From an uncultured Verrucomicrobiae bacterium (GTDB lineage: Bacteria > Verrucomicrobiota > Verrucomicrobiia > Limisphaerales > JAFGQR01), in the NCBI GenBank assembly GCA_963788655.1, contig CAWBHS010000072.1, positions 256,001 to 320,000 of the forward strand: a stretch of DNA of 64,000 nucleotides. The letters are read 5' to 3'. The notes beneath the pieces are model-generated. The model was given only the letters and a program-made list of their open reading frames with translations, had not been told where the DNA came from and did not search any database. A program made the position numbers and the translations under genes. Shown here one piece after another: positions 1 to 10,906 of this stretch; positions within the stretch are counted from its first letter, which is position 1, and every line of letters starts with the position of its first letter.

Positions 1-7
1 GCTGGCC

Positions 8-1108
8 ATGGATCGGAAGTTTGCCGCCGCGTGTGTGACGGCCCAAACCGCACGGCGTTACGCCGAAGAAGCGTTCTATCGCGCCCAGCCATCCCGGAAG
101 AATGAGTTTCGCGGGGTGTGGATTCATTCGCCGTACGGGATCAAAGGCTGGGGCTGGGACCAGACCGTGCGCGTCCTTAAAGAGAACGGTTTCAACGCCA
201 TCTTTCCCAACCTGCTTTGGGCCGGGCGCAGCTTTTATCCAAGCCCGGTTTTCCAAGCCGCCGGCGGGTCGGACCAAACGTCGCCGGATTTGCTGGCGGA
301 GTGCTTGCAGGCCTGTCGCAAATACGGCATCGAAATGCACGTCTGGAAGGTGAACTTCAACCTCGTCAATGCCCCCGCGAATTGGGTGGCCCGACTGCGC
401 GCCGCGGGTCGCACCCAAGTCAGCAAGACTGGCGAGCCGTTGGACTGGTTGTGTCCGTCGCACCCGTTGAACTTCGTGCTCGAACGCGATTCGTTGCTCG
501 AAGTGGTGCGCCGCTACCACGTGGACGGATTGCACTTTGATTACATCCGCTATCCGAATGCCAGCGCGTGTTATTGTGCGGGCTGCCAGGAACGCTTCGA
601 AGCCGGGAGCGGCTTCAAAATTGAAAAGTATCCGGCGGACGTCATCAGCGGACCGTACGCCGCTCAGTTCAAGCAGTGGCGGCGCGACTTGATCAGCCGG
701 CTCGTTTATGCGGTCAGCACCGAGGCGCGAGCGATTCGGCCGCGCATCAAGATTTCCGCGGCGGTCTTTGGCGATTGGGATGACTGCCGCCACACCGTCG
801 GGCAGGATTGGAAGCTCTGGGTGGATGCCGGTTGGTTGGATTTCGTGTGTCCGATGGATTATGAGCCGAATAATAAGGTTTTCGGTTCACTGGTGCGCTA
901 TCAGGTCAAATGGGTGAACCAACAAGTCCCACTCTATGTGGGCATTGGCACTTACCAGATGGCATCGCCGGAAGATCTCATTCCGCAAATTCAACTCACC
1001 CGCCAATTGGGTGCGGATGGCTTCGTGCTCTTTCAAGAGGACGAACGTTTGGCCCAGGAATTTTTGCCCGCGCTCAAACTGGGGATCACTTCGGCACCGC
1101 CAAAATGA
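8..1108 (+). CDS. GHL10 / family-10-like glycoside hydrolase (YddW/DigH-like), C-terminal part; probably begins before the window
   Basis: EFRGVWIH, GFNAIFPN, WLCPSHP, VDGLHFDYIRYP, GQDWKLW, DFVCPMDY motifs; paralogous to 4533-6095. Confidence 0.8.
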   Translation: MDRKFAAACVTAQTARRYAEEAFYRAQPSRKNEFRGVWIHSPYGIKGWGWDQTVRVLKENGFNAIFPNLLWAGRSFYPSPVFQAAGGSDQTSPDLLAECLQACRKYGIEMHVWKVNFNLVNAPANWVARLRAAGRTQVSKTGEPLDWLCPSHPLNFVLERDSLLEVVRRYHVDGLHFDYIRYPNASACYCAGCQERFEAGSGFKIEKYPADVISGPYAAQFKQWRRDLISRLVYAVSTEARAIRPRIKISAAVFGDWDDCRHTVGQDWKLWVDAGWLDFVCPMDYEPNNKVFGSLVRYQVKWVNQQVPLYVGIGTYQMASPEDLIPQIQLTRQLGADGFVLFQEDERLAQEFLPALKLGITSAPPK

Positions 1109-1126
1109 CGTGGAGGCTATCTGGCG

Positions 1127-1199
1127 CGTAGCGGCGTCTCGGGAGAGCGCCGCCAACTACAACAAAGAGTTTGCGGCGCACTCCCGAGACACCGCTACG
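1127..1199. repeat. REP-like inverted repeat pair, family A
   Basis: cgtagcggcgtctcgggagagcgccgc ... gcggcgcactcccgagacaccgctacg, directly after a stop codon. Confidence 0.75.
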
Positions 1200-1299
1200 G
1201 CTCATGAGTTCAATCCTTCAACGATTCACCACTTCATCGAAACGCGCTTGCCAGAAAGGCTTGCCCTCGTAATGATTCCGAAGAAAACCACCAGAACTT

Positions 1300-2133
1300 A
1301 TGGCCAAAATCTATTTCGGAGTGAACATGGAATTCGTCCGGCACGCGGACAAGTCGTTTGAATGGGGCATCGCCAAGGCAGCCGAACTGGGTTACACGCA
1401 CGTGGAACCGATGGTTCATTGGGGCCGCGAACTGTTGAGCGAGGCGGGCTATTTTCACAGTGTCTCGATGCTCGATGATCCGCTGCGCATCAAGAACGCC
1501 TGCAAAAAACATCGCATCAAACTTTCCGGCCTGTCGGCGCATTGTCCGATCACGAAGCCGGAGATCGGCGTCGAATATCTCAAGCAAGCAATCCGGTTCG
1601 CGGCCGAATGCGGCGCGCCGGTGATCAACAGCGACGAAGGGCCCAAACAGCCGTGGACGACCGAGGCCGAAGATTGGGTGCTGATGCGTTACACCTTGAT
1701 GGAAGCCGCCAAGGTGGCCGAGCCGCGGGGTATCCTGATCGGCTTGGAATGTCACCAGCAGTACAGCAAAACTCCCGCCGGCCTGGACAAACTGTATGGA
1801 TTGGTCAAGAGCCCGGTCATCGGCATCAATTTCGACATGGGCAACAGCTACCTGGCGGGCCAGGATCCGTATCGATGGTTGGAACGGGTCGTGGGCCAGC
1901 TCGTCCATTTGCACGCCAAGGATATTTCAATCGAGCATTCCGCCGCCGAACGTGGCAAAGTAACGGGCACGCCGGTGGGTTGCGCTTGTGGCGACGGCGT
2001 CATCGACTGGACCCGCACGCTGAAGATTTGCAAAAAGGCCAAGCGCGACATCGTCTTCTCCGTTGAATGCGGCACCGTTGATCAAGCCGAGCGTTCGATC
2101 AAACACTTGAAGAAGGTCGCTCGCACGGTTTAG
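1300..2133 (+). CDS. Sugar phosphate isomerase/epimerase (xylose-isomerase-like TIM barrel)
   Basis: Metal-ligand pattern GLECH, NFDMGN, HLHAKD, GDGVIDW, SVE. Confidence 0.85.
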   Translation: MAKIYFGVNMEFVRHADKSFEWGIAKAAELGYTHVEPMVHWGRELLSEAGYFHSVSMLDDPLRIKNACKKHRIKLSGLSAHCPITKPEIGVEYLKQAIRFAAECGAPVINSDEGPKQPWTTEAEDWVLMRYTLMEAAKVAEPRGILIGLECHQQYSKTPAGLDKLYGLVKSPVIGINFDMGNSYLAGQDPYRWLERVVGQLVHLHAKDISIEHSAAERGKVTGTPVGCACGDGVIDWTRTLKICKKAKRDIVFSVECGTVDQAERSIKHLKKVARTV

Positions 2134-2142
2134 CCGGAACCG

Positions 2143-2338
2143 GTAGAACAACCGTCCCGGCTGTCTCGAAGGGGAAAGCCCGCTGCGTTTGGCCGTGACT
2201 ATTCAGTAGTACATGCGTCCCGCCTGTCCCGAATGGAACGAAGCCATCGACTTGCATCGCCGGGCTGGGACTCTTCCAAGGTCACCCATAACTGAGAACG
2301 CCCTTCGTTATCCGAGACAGGCGAGACGCCTGTCCTAC
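2143..2338. repeat. REP-like palindrome cluster, family B (three arms)
   Basis: gtagaacaaccgtcccggctgtctcg, gtagtacatgcgtcccgcctgtccc, cgagacaggcgagacgcctgtcctac; same family at 38417-38534. Confidence 0.75.
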
Positions 2339-2435
2339 TTTGCCGAATCAGCTCGTGACCGGTCCAGCTACTAATAGTCACCGCTTGGTATTGGCCGCCT
2401 GCGATAAAGGTGGGACGCCGGTCCTGCCCAGCGGT

Positions 2436-3077
2436 TCAGGGCTTCTGCAGTTCTTTCTGCAACTTCTCGAGCTTGGGGCGAATTACCAACCGGCAATACG
2501 GATAGTTCTGATTGTTCTCGTAGAAATCCTGGTGGTAATCCTCCGCCTGGTAGAAGTGCTTTAGCGGCACGATTTGAGTCACGATAGGTTGCGGGAAATG
2601 TTTGGCGGCTGCTTGCTTCGATTTCTCGGCGGCTTCCTTCTGGGCCTCGTTGCTGTAAAGAATGATCGACCGATATTGCGTGCCTTCATCAGGACCCTGA
2701 CGATTCAACGTGGTCGGATCGTGCGCCGCCCAGAAGACTTCCAGCAGCTTGTCGTAACTGATCTTCGTGGGATTGAATTGGATCTGCACGACTTCAGCAT
2801 GTCCGGTCGTGCCGGAACAAACTTCTTTGTAAGTCGGATCCACCGCGGTGCCCCCCGCATAACCGCTGGCCACCGACTTCACTCCGCGTAATCCTTGAAA
2901 GACCGCTTCGATGCACCAGAAGCAGCCGCCGCCGAAGGTAGCGACTTCGGTGGGTCCGCTCATGTCGTTGGCCTTTTGCGTATGCTCAGTTTTCATGTGT
3001 TCACTGCACCCGCCGGTGATCGCGCTGGTCAACACCGCGCCAACCAGCAATGCACTCAAACTAATTTTTGTTTTCAT
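2436..3077 (-). CDS. msrA: Peptide-methionine (S)-S-oxide reductase, with signal peptide / possible lipobox
   Basis: GGGCFWC active site, GTTGHAEVV, HDPTTLNRQG, QYRS, AEDYHQDF; hydrophobic N-terminus ending GGC. Confidence 0.95.
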   Translation of the reverse strand: MKTKISLSALLVGAVLTSAITGGCSEHMKTEHTQKANDMSGPTEVATFGGGCFWCIEAVFQGLRGVKSVASGYAGGTAVDPTYKEVCSGTTGHAEVVQIQFNPTKISYDKLLEVFWAAHDPTTLNRQGPDEGTQYRSIILYSNEAQKEAAEKSKQAAAKHFPQPIVTQIVPLKHFYQAEDYHQDFYENNQNYPYCRLVIRPKLEKLQKELQKP

Positions 3078-3186
3078 TCAAACTTCAAGTCGAATATGCC
3101 TGGGAAAACCTTACACGCAAATTATCAATTCAGCCGCTCGATCACTTTCGTCGCCATCGAACCGAGCCGCGACGGGACGGGAGCGA

Positions 3187-3320
3187 TAAACCGGATATTT
3201 GACACTCGTCGTAGCCGCCGACGTGAGGAGGCGGAACACTGGCAGGCTGCATCAGGTCCGCCTCCTCACGTCGGCGGCTACAGTCGGTCGGGTCATTAAT
3301 CGGGATGTGGAATAACCGGG
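3187..3320. repeat. REP doublet (family C) nested inside an outer inverted repeat
   Basis: gtagccgccgacgtgaggaggcgga / tccgcctcctcacgtcggcggctac, flanked by aaccggatatttgacac ... gatgtggaataaccggg; copy at 43031-43168. Confidence 0.8.
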
Positions 3321-3356
3321 CCAATTCCAATTCCCATCCAAGATGAGACTTCGATC

Positions 3357-3425
3357 GGAGCGCGGACATTCCTGTCCGCTCGGCGGGGATTACGTTGCAC
3401 GAGCGGGCAGGAATGTCCGCGCTCC
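3357..3425. repeat. REP doublet, family D
   Basis: ggagcgcggacattcctgtccgc / gcgggcaggaatgtccgcgctcc; copy at 6179-6248. Confidence 0.8.
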
Positions 3426-3629
3426 AATCCGCTTCCGCATTAGTCTCCACTTGAAATCAAAATGGAATAACAGCGCCTCGGAGACGGCCAAGATCGAAGA
3501 CGGAAGGCCGAAATTTTGTTTGTGAAAACAGCTCCCGTTTAGAACGACAGCCAATCAAAAGTCCGGTCGCCTGGAGCCCTTCGGATTTCATCTTTGCTTT
3601 GCCTCCGAAACCAGCTCAGGCTGGATGCC

Positions 3630-6095
3630 ATGACGACTCCATACGCGGTTTCCAAATTCAGTCTCGCCTGCCTGCTCACTGGTGGGATGCTTGCCTTGGG
3701 ATGCAGTCTGCATGCTGCCGCACCGGCGTTGGACAACGTGATTGATGCCGTTCAATACCCGGACAGTGCGGCAGCACAGGCCGCCTGGAAACCGATGTCG
3801 GGGACCGCTCCGGTCGAACTTGGTCACTCACGACGGCCAACCCGCCCTGCGTTTCCCGTGCAACTTCGCCGGCACCACCATCGAGCGCGCTTCCTGGGAC
3901 CGGACGGTGACATTGGACCTGGTGGGTAGCCGCGGCATCCAATTCAAAATGTTTTGCCGCGATGCTTCGCCGATATCGCATTTCAGCCTGTATTTCCAAA
4001 GCGGCGACGGATGGTATCATGCTGGGTTCTATCCGGAATCCTCGACCGACTGGAACACCATCACGATTGACAAGGCCGATACCGGTACGGAAGGAAAGCC
4101 TGCTGGCTGGGGCAACATTCGCACCATTCGTCTTTCCGCTTGGCGCGGCAAAGACACCAGCACGGAATTCTTTCTGGCCGACTTGCGCAAAACCGGATCG
4201 TTGGGGGCGGATGCCTTGGTGGCCATTGTGCGCGCTGAATCGGCGGCGCAGGGTTCCCCCGAGGAAGCTCGCAGCGCGAACCAGTTTGCGGAAGCCACTG
4301 CCGAAAACCTCCAACAACTGGGCGTCGGTTACGCGGTCGTCAGCGACCTTGACCTGACGGCGGCCCGGCTGCAACCCGCCAAGGTCGTCGTGCTGCCGTA
4401 CAATCCGGGAATGCCGGACCAGGTGGCGGACATCTTGATTGACTACGAAAAACACGGCGGTAAGCTGCTGGCCTTCTATTCCTTTTCGTCCAAGTTGTTG
4501 CCCGTGCTGGGCCTTGAAAGCGCGGCTCGCACGTGAAGGCTTCACCAACCGTTGGCTTCGCACAAATTCGGTCCCAAGCGAATGCGCTTCCCGGCGCCCC
4601 CGCACAGATCAACCAGCATTCCTGGAACATCAACGCCTTCCGGCCCCGACCGGGCGTCGGCCACGTGTTGGCGAACTGGTATGACGATCACGGTCAGTCC
4701 ACGGGCTACGCGGCGGTGCTCGGTTCCTCGAACGGCCTGGCGATGACGCACGTGTTGCTAAACGATGATGCCGCCAATCAGCGCCGGTTGTTGCTGGCCA
4801 TGTTGGGTTACTTGGCGCCCGACGTTTGGAAACAGGCGGCAACGGGCCGCATCAATAGCATTGGAGCGATCAGCCACTTTAAAACGTTTCAAGAAGCTTC
4901 CAATCACCTCAGTGCGCTGAGCACGAACAAACCGCTGGCCTTGCGGGCACTTGCTGACGCGACAGAATTGCGTCAAACCGCCCTGCGCCTCGCCCGCCAA
5001 GGAGACTATGCCCAAGCCATGGATCGGGCGGAAACCGCCAGTGAGCGGGTCAAAGAGGCTTTCTGCCGTGCCCAAACACCGCAGCCCGGAGAGTTTCGTG
5101 CCTTTTGGTGTCACAGTGCGTTTGGCGTGAACGGCCTGACCTGGGATCAAGCCATTGCCCGCCTGGCCGACAATGGTTTCACCGCCATCCTGCCGAATAT
5201 GCTGTGGGGTGGGGTGGCCTACTACCAGAGCAACGTGTTGCCGGTCGCGTCGGACGTTGCCCAGCGCGGCGATCAAATCGCGGAATGCGTCGTGGCCTGC
5301 CGTAAGCACGGTCTGCAAATCCATGTGTGGAAAGTCAATTGGAACCTGGGTTACGCTGTGCCCCAAAGCTTCATTGAGCGAATGCGGCGTGAGCACCGGT
5401 TGCAGGTCAGTTCACGCGGTGAGGAGGAACGCTGGTTGTGCCCGTCGCATCCGGCTAATCGGCAACTGGAGGTCGCTTCCTTGCTCGAGGTCGTGCGCAA
5501 CTACGACGTGGACGGCATCCATTTTGACTATATCCGCTACCCGGACAGCGACCATTGCTTTTGTTCCGCCTGTCGCGAGCGGTTTCAAACGATGACTGGT
5601 GAGGAAATCCAGCACTGGCCCGACGATGTTCTCAAGCAAGGGCCGCTGCGCCAGCAATGGCTGGATTGGCGTCGGGGCAACATCACCACCGTCGTTAAGG
5701 CGGTCAGCGAACAGGCACGCGCGCTCAAGCCGAACATCAAAATCTCGGCGGCTGTGTTTCGCAACTGGCCCACCGACCGTGACAGCGTGGGGCAGGACTG
5801 GAAGCTCTGGTGCGATCAGGGCTATCTGGATTTCGTTTGCCCGATGGATTACACGGCCAGCAACCGCAGCTTCGAAAACATGGTCGCGGCGCAAGTCGAG
5901 TGGGCGGGCAAAGTGCCTTGTTATCCCGGCATCGGGGTCAGTGCTTCCTCCTCGCATTTTGGCGTGGACCGTTTGATCGATCAAATCGACATCACGCGCC
6001 GCCTTCGCACCGGCGGATTTACCATCTTCAACTACGGAGTCCGTGAAAGCCGCGAACTACTGCCGCTGCTGGGATTGGGGATTACGGCGAAATAG
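3630..6095 (+). CDS. Secreted multidomain GHL10 glycoside hydrolase, split by two frameshifts (~3820 and ~4530)
   Basis: Signal peptide in the 3594 frame; beta-rich and glutamine-amidotransferase-like middle region in the 3742 frame; GHL10 barrel (EFRAFWCHS, VDGIHFDYIRYP) in the 4533 frame. Confidence 0.75.
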
Positions 6096-6178
6096 ACGCA
6101 GGTAATGGCCGGTGGTAATGACTGATCCAGTCGGAGGGGCCACTTACGTTTTTCGGGGTTCGCCAGCCGCCACCTTTG

Positions 6179-6248
6179 GGAGCGCGGACATTCTTGTCCG
6201 CATCGAGCGATCGGCCAAGCTGGAAGCGGACAGGAATGTCCGCGCGCC
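6179..6248. repeat. REP doublet, family D
   Basis: ggagcgcggacattcttgtccgc / gcggacaggaatgtccgcgcgcc. Confidence 0.8.
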
Positions 6249-6345
6249 GGAAAACGCGAGTTACGCACCCCGGCGACAGTTATTGAATCCTTGCGGTCAA
6301 CCTGTTTAACTGCGTTCACAATTCTGTTTCGAACGGTATGCAATT

Positions 6346-7426
6346 ATGAAAACAAAATGCTTTCGTCCTTCCGTGGGTAATCTCTCGGTCCTGTCAATCG
6401 CCGGCGCGTGCGTCCTCCATTTAGCCTCGACTTGCACCGCCCAACCCGATCCGCACTGGCTGGAGCATGACCGTGCCCGGCCGCAGCCGCCGGTGGTCGA
6501 ACCCGGCACGTGCAGCACGCAGGATCAATCCGGTAAGGCGCCTTCGGATGCCGTGGTGCTGTTTGACGGCAAGGATCTTTCCCCGTGGGTCAGCATGGAT
6601 GGCAGTCCGACGCGCTGGGTGGTCAAGAACGGTTACATGGAATGCGTGAAAGGCAGCGGCTATGTACGCACGTTGCAGAACTTCGGCGATTGCCAGCTTC
6701 ACGTGGAATGGGTCGCGCCGGTGCCCGCCGAAGGCGAAGGGCAGGGGAGGGGCAACAGCGGCGTCTTTTTCGGAATGGACCGCTACGAAATCCAAGTCCT
6801 GGACTCCTACAAGAACATCACCTACGCCGATGGCTCAGCCGGTTCGGTGTATGGACAATATCCGCCGCTGGCAAATGTGTCACTTCCGCCGGGACAATGG
6901 CAGAGCTACGACATCATCTGGACGTCACCACGGTTTGATGCCGAAGGGAAAGCTGGTTTCGCCGGCGTACGTCACCGCGTTTCGCAATGGCGTGCTGATT
7001 CAAAACCATGTCCAACTGACCGGTCCGACCAGTTGGCTGGAACGCGCGCCATACGATGCCCACCCGGTCAAGCAACCGATTGCGTTGCAGGATCACGGCA
7101 ACCCAGTTCGGTTCCGGAACATCTGGGTGCGGGAATTGGGCCAGCCGGGCCGCAAAGAATTCACCTTCGCCGCCAAAGTGCTCGATGGTTACACGGGCAC
7201 CTACGAGGTCCGTCCCGATTTCGACATCGACGTCACCCGCGAGGGCAACCAATTGGTGGCCAAGTTTGGCGGCACGAGCTTTGTGCTGTTTGCGGAATCG
7301 CCGACGCATTTCTTTGCCAAGACGACCGACGTGCAAATTGATTTCAACCTCAACGACCAGGGCCGGGCCACGGGATTGGTGCTCTCGGTGGGCGAAGGCG
7401 GCATGCCGGCCAAGAAGATCAAATAG
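6346..7426 (+). CDS. DUF1080 (3-keto-disaccharide hydrolase family) protein with C-terminal DUF3471-like domain; frameshift ~6950
   Basis: LFDGKDL, FGDCQLHVEW, GNSGVF, YEIQVLDS, then LQDHGNPVRFRNIWVREL in the second frame; tail LDGYTGTYE...LFAESPTHFF. Confidence 0.85.
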
Positions 7427-7464
7427 TTGACCCGCGACACCCCGAACATCTAACTCATAATCCA

Positions 7465-8373
7465 ATGATGAATACAACTTGGTTGATCGCGTTTATCGGG
7501 CTGGGAATTATGTCCAGCGTTACTCTATCCGCCGCCGACAGCGGTATCATCGCTCCCGGCGCCAAATTGGAAAAACTGGCGGGCGGCTTTGGTTTCACGG
7601 AAGGCCCTTCTTGCGACGCCGCCGGTAACGTGTTCTTCACTGACCAGCCCAACAACCGCATCATGGAGTGGAGCACGGACGGGAAACTGACCACGTTCAT
7701 GCAACCCGCCGGACGCGCCAATGGAATGTGCTTCGACGCCAAAGGCAACTTGATTGCCTGCGCGGACGAGAAGAACGAGCTTTGGTCCATCGCTCCGGAC
7801 AAAACCGTCACCGTGCTGCTCAAGGATTATCAGGGCAAACTCCTGAACGGTCCGAACGATGTGTGGGTGCGACCCGATGGCGGGCTATATTTCACCGACC
7901 CGTTTTACAAACGTCCCTGGTGGAAGCACGACAAAATGGAACAAGACGGGCAGCATGTTTACTTCTTCTCCGCGGATCGCAAGCAGCCCGTGCGCGTCAC
8001 GGAGGATCTACAACAGCCCAACGGCATCATTGGCTCGCCGGACGGCAAAACGCTCTACGTGGCCGATATTCGCGCCGGAAAAACCTACCGTTACGCCATT
8101 CAACCGGACGGTTCGCTGACCAACAAGAAACTGCACTGCGAGCTGGGTTCGGACGGCATGACCCTGGACGCACAAGGCAACCTATACCTGACGGGCCGAG
8201 GCGTTTCGGTCTTTGATCCGGCGGGCAAGAAGATCGAGCAGATTCCCGTGCCGGAAAGTTGGACCGCAAACGTGTGCTTCGGCGGCAAGGACAAGCAGAC
8301 GTTGTTCATCACGGCGAGCAAGGGATTCTATGCCATCAAAATGCGAGTCAAAGGCGCCAACCAGGCGAAGTAG
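7465..8373 (+). CDS. SMP-30/gluconolactonase/LRE family protein, secreted
   Basis: FTEGP, LNGPND, YFTDP, PNGI..SPDGKTLYVAD, DGMTLDAQGNLY, NVCFGG. Confidence 0.92.
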   Translation: MMNTTWLIAFIGLGIMSSVTLSAADSGIIAPGAKLEKLAGGFGFTEGPSCDAAGNVFFTDQPNNRIMEWSTDGKLTTFMQPAGRANGMCFDAKGNLIACADEKNELWSIAPDKTVTVLLKDYQGKLLNGPNDVWVRPDGGLYFTDPFYKRPWWKHDKMEQDGQHVYFFSADRKQPVRVTEDLQQPNGIIGSPDGKTLYVADIRAGKTYRYAIQPDGSLTNKKLHCELGSDGMTLDAQGNLYLTGRGVSVFDPAGKKIEQIPVPESWTANVCFGGKDKQTLFITASKGFYAIKMRVKGANQAK

Positions 8374-8384
8374 GAAGGCCTGAA

Positions 8385-9419
8385 ATGCATGCACCGAAGC
8401 ACTCGCGAAATCTGGGTGCCGGCGTCGGGTCGGCGCGCAACTTGACGCCATGGACGTGGCTTGGCACGCTCATCTCCGCTGTCGTCCTGTTCTTGTTGCC
8501 CATTATTGCCGCCGCTGGATCAATGAACGAACACTCGTCTGCCTTGGCGTTCAAAGAGGTGGCCCCTGGCAAGTTCTCCTTTGACACTGGCGTGCTGCGG
8601 GGCCGCCTTGGACCGCCCGGCCGGGGCGATGGACTTTCGCCGTGGTCCATATCCCCACTGGCGTCGCGCTTGGATCGAGGCGCGAATGGCTATGGTCTTT
8701 TCAGTCATTACCGGGTGTTCAGTGACCATAAACGTTACGGGCACGGCGCCTGGGATTGGCCCAAGGAAACGCGCCTGTTGGCGAATGGTGCGGTGGAACT
8801 TCATTGGCGGGCGACCGCTGATCGTCCGATTGAAATGCGCGCCGTTTACCGTTGGTGTGCGCCGGATGCGCTCGATTTGACGACCGAGGTCATTGCTCAC
8901 AAAGACTTGACGGGATTCGAATCGTTTCTCGCGGCTTACTTTACCGAGCCGTTCACCAACGCGCTCATTGATTTGAAGTCAGCGGGTATTGGCAAATCGT
9001 CCGCCGCTTTCGCCGCCGTGGACGCAGCGGATGGCGTCTGGCAAATGTTTCCCCGCGACGAAGTGGCAGTGAAACTCATTAACGATGGCCGGTGGCAATT
9101 GCCGCCCAATCCGGTGGCGTGGAAAATCCGGCCATTCCTGGACGCGCCAATCGCGGTGCGCCGGGCGCCGGTTTCGGGTGTGACCGCGGTGCTCATGGCA
9201 GCGCCCAAAGACTGCTTTGCCATCGCGATGCCCCACCAGACCGAGCCGCATTATTCGGTGTATTTCTCGCTGGGCGGCACCGACTTGAACGCGGGCCAGA
9301 TTCGCAAACTTCGAACGCATCTGTGGGTAACGCAGCGTCCCTCGGAGTCAGCAGATCCGCCAGCATTACAAAGACTGGATCAAAGCTGGGGAACGGGAAC
9401 CTTGAGGCAAGCCTGCTAG
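8385..9419 (+). CDS. Hypothetical exported protein; start uncertain
   Basis: Long ORF following the gluconolactonase, with a hydrophobic N-terminal segment; no family recognised. Confidence 0.6.
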   Translation: MHAPKHSRNLGAGVGSARNLTPWTWLGTLISAVVLFLLPIIAAAGSMNEHSSALAFKEVAPGKFSFDTGVLRGRLGPPGRGDGLSPWSISPLASRLDRGANGYGLFSHYRVFSDHKRYGHGAWDWPKETRLLANGAVELHWRATADRPIEMRAVYRWCAPDALDLTTEVIAHKDLTGFESFLAAYFTEPFTNALIDLKSAGIGKSSAAFAAVDAADGVWQMFPRDEVAVKLINDGRWQLPPNPVAWKIRPFLDAPIAVRRAPVSGVTAVLMAAPKDCFAIAMPHQTEPHYSVYFSLGGTDLNAGQIRKLRTHLWVTQRPSESADPPALQRLDQSWGTGTLRQAC

Positions 9420-9423
9420 AAGG

Positions 9424-9875
9424 AATGACCAATGGCCAATGACCAATGACCAGAGAAGGTCCAGATCCCAATGCCCAACCGAACTTCGCGCCGGCGGACC
9501 ATTGGTGATGGGCCTTGGTGCTTGGGCCTTCTCTGGTCATTGCGTGATTGCTCATTGGTCATTGATTCGCGGCCCTGTTCCAAATCTGCCGGCAGGATGC
9601 CGGCAGCACACTCGAGCAACGTGCTGCTGGCGTCTCGCCGGCAGAACCGGATGCAAGAGTGGCGATTGAATGCGTAGGACTGGGGATAGGAAATGACCAA
9701 CCCCCAAGGCCCAAGAATCAAAGAAGGTCCAAAGCCCAAGCGTCCAACCGAACATCGAGTAGCCTGCTGACCAACTGATGGTGCTTGGGCCTTCTCTGGT
9801 CATTGCGTGATTGCCCATTGGTCATTGATTTGCACCCGTCGTTCCAAATCTGCCGGCAGGATGCCGGCAGCACGT
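9424..9875. repeat. Tandemly duplicated composite repeat (family E heptamer-rich IR + family F palindrome)
   Basis: Two near-identical units tggtgcttgggccttctctggtcattgcgtgattgcycattggtcattgatt ... gttccaaatctgccggcaggatgccggcagcac. Confidence 0.85.
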
Positions 9876-10015
9876 TGCGCGTTGCGAGCGTTTGACCTCC
9901 CGATTTCCGCCCCTTATGCTCCGGCCATGCTTGCACGGATACTTTTGCCTCACGGTGAGCACCATGGTGCGTGCTCCCGAGGTGGCGTTGCCTCACCCTC
10001 ATCCCGGCGGTCCAG

Positions 10016-10906
10016 ATGAAGATTTGCGTGATCTTCAATCCGGCTGCCCGCGGAGAAAAGGCCCGCCACTTTCGTGAGCACTTGGCCGCGCTCTCGGCGG
10101 ATTGCTCGTTGAAACCCACACTGTCGGCGGGCGGGGGACGGTTGCTGGCCGCCGAGGCCGTCCGGGAAGGATTTGAGGTCATCGTCGCGGGCGGCGGTGA
10201 TGGCACCGTGTTCGAAGTGCTGAATGGCATTGGAGACGAACCCGATGGCTTCAGCCGGGTCCGGCTGGGCGTGCTGCCCCTGGGCACCGTGAATGTCTTT
10301 GCCCGGGAATTGAACCTGCCAACGCATTTCGAGTTGGCCTGGAAAATCATCATGCAAGGGCGGGAAAGCCGCATCGACCTGGGCGAAGCCGAATGTGTTT
10401 TTGACGGCCAACCGCGCCATTGCTTTTTTGTCCACATGGCCGGCGCCGGCGTGGACGCGCATGCGATTGAACTCGTCGATTGGGAGCAGAAGAAACGTTA
10501 CGGTCAGATTGCCTACGTGCTGGCCGGGATGAAAGCCATGAGCCGGGCCAAGACGCAGATCGCCGTTACGAACGGCCAGGAAACGCTCGCCGGCGAACAG
10601 GTGCTGTTGGGCAACGGCCTCCGCTACGGTGGCAACTTTCGGCTATTTCCTCTGGCGAATCCCCGCGATGGCTTGCTGGATGCGACCATATTAACCCGCG
10701 CGAATTGGGGCACTTTGCTGCAAGGGACGTGGCACCTGTGGAACAACCGGCTTTATGCCTGCAAGGGCATCAAACATTTGCGCGGTGAAACCTTGAGCCT
10801 GTACAGCGCCACGCCGGTGGCGTTTCATGTCGAAGGTGAACTCATCGGCCATCTGCCGGCCAAGTGCAGCGTGCGGCGGGAAGCGCTGAGAATCGTGGTG
10901 CCATGA
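10016..10906 (+). CDS. Diacylglycerol kinase family lipid kinase (YegS/Rv2252/BmrU)
   Basis: IFNPAA, AGGGDGTV.EV.NG, LPLGTVNVFAREL, AGAGVDA, YGG. Confidence 0.9.
   Translation: MKICVIFNPAARGEKARHFREHLAALSADCSLKPTLSAGGGRLLAAEAVREGFEVIVAGGGDGTVFEVLNGIGDEPDGFSRVRLGVLPLGTVNVFARELNLPTHFELAWKIIMQGRESRIDLGEAECVFDGQPRHCFFVHMAGAGVDAHAIELVDWEQKKRYGQIAYVLAGMKAMSRAKTQIAVTNGQETLAGEQVLLGNGLRYGGNFRLFPLANPRDGLLDATILTRANWGTLLQGTWHLWNNRLYACKGIKHLRGETLSLYSATPVAFHVEGELIGHLPAKCSVRREALRIVVP

Noticed and set aside
9424..9875. Possible CRISPR array (also 27796-28170)
   Set aside because: Units alternate in orientation, spacing is irregular, the intervening sequences are themselves repeats, and no cas genes are present
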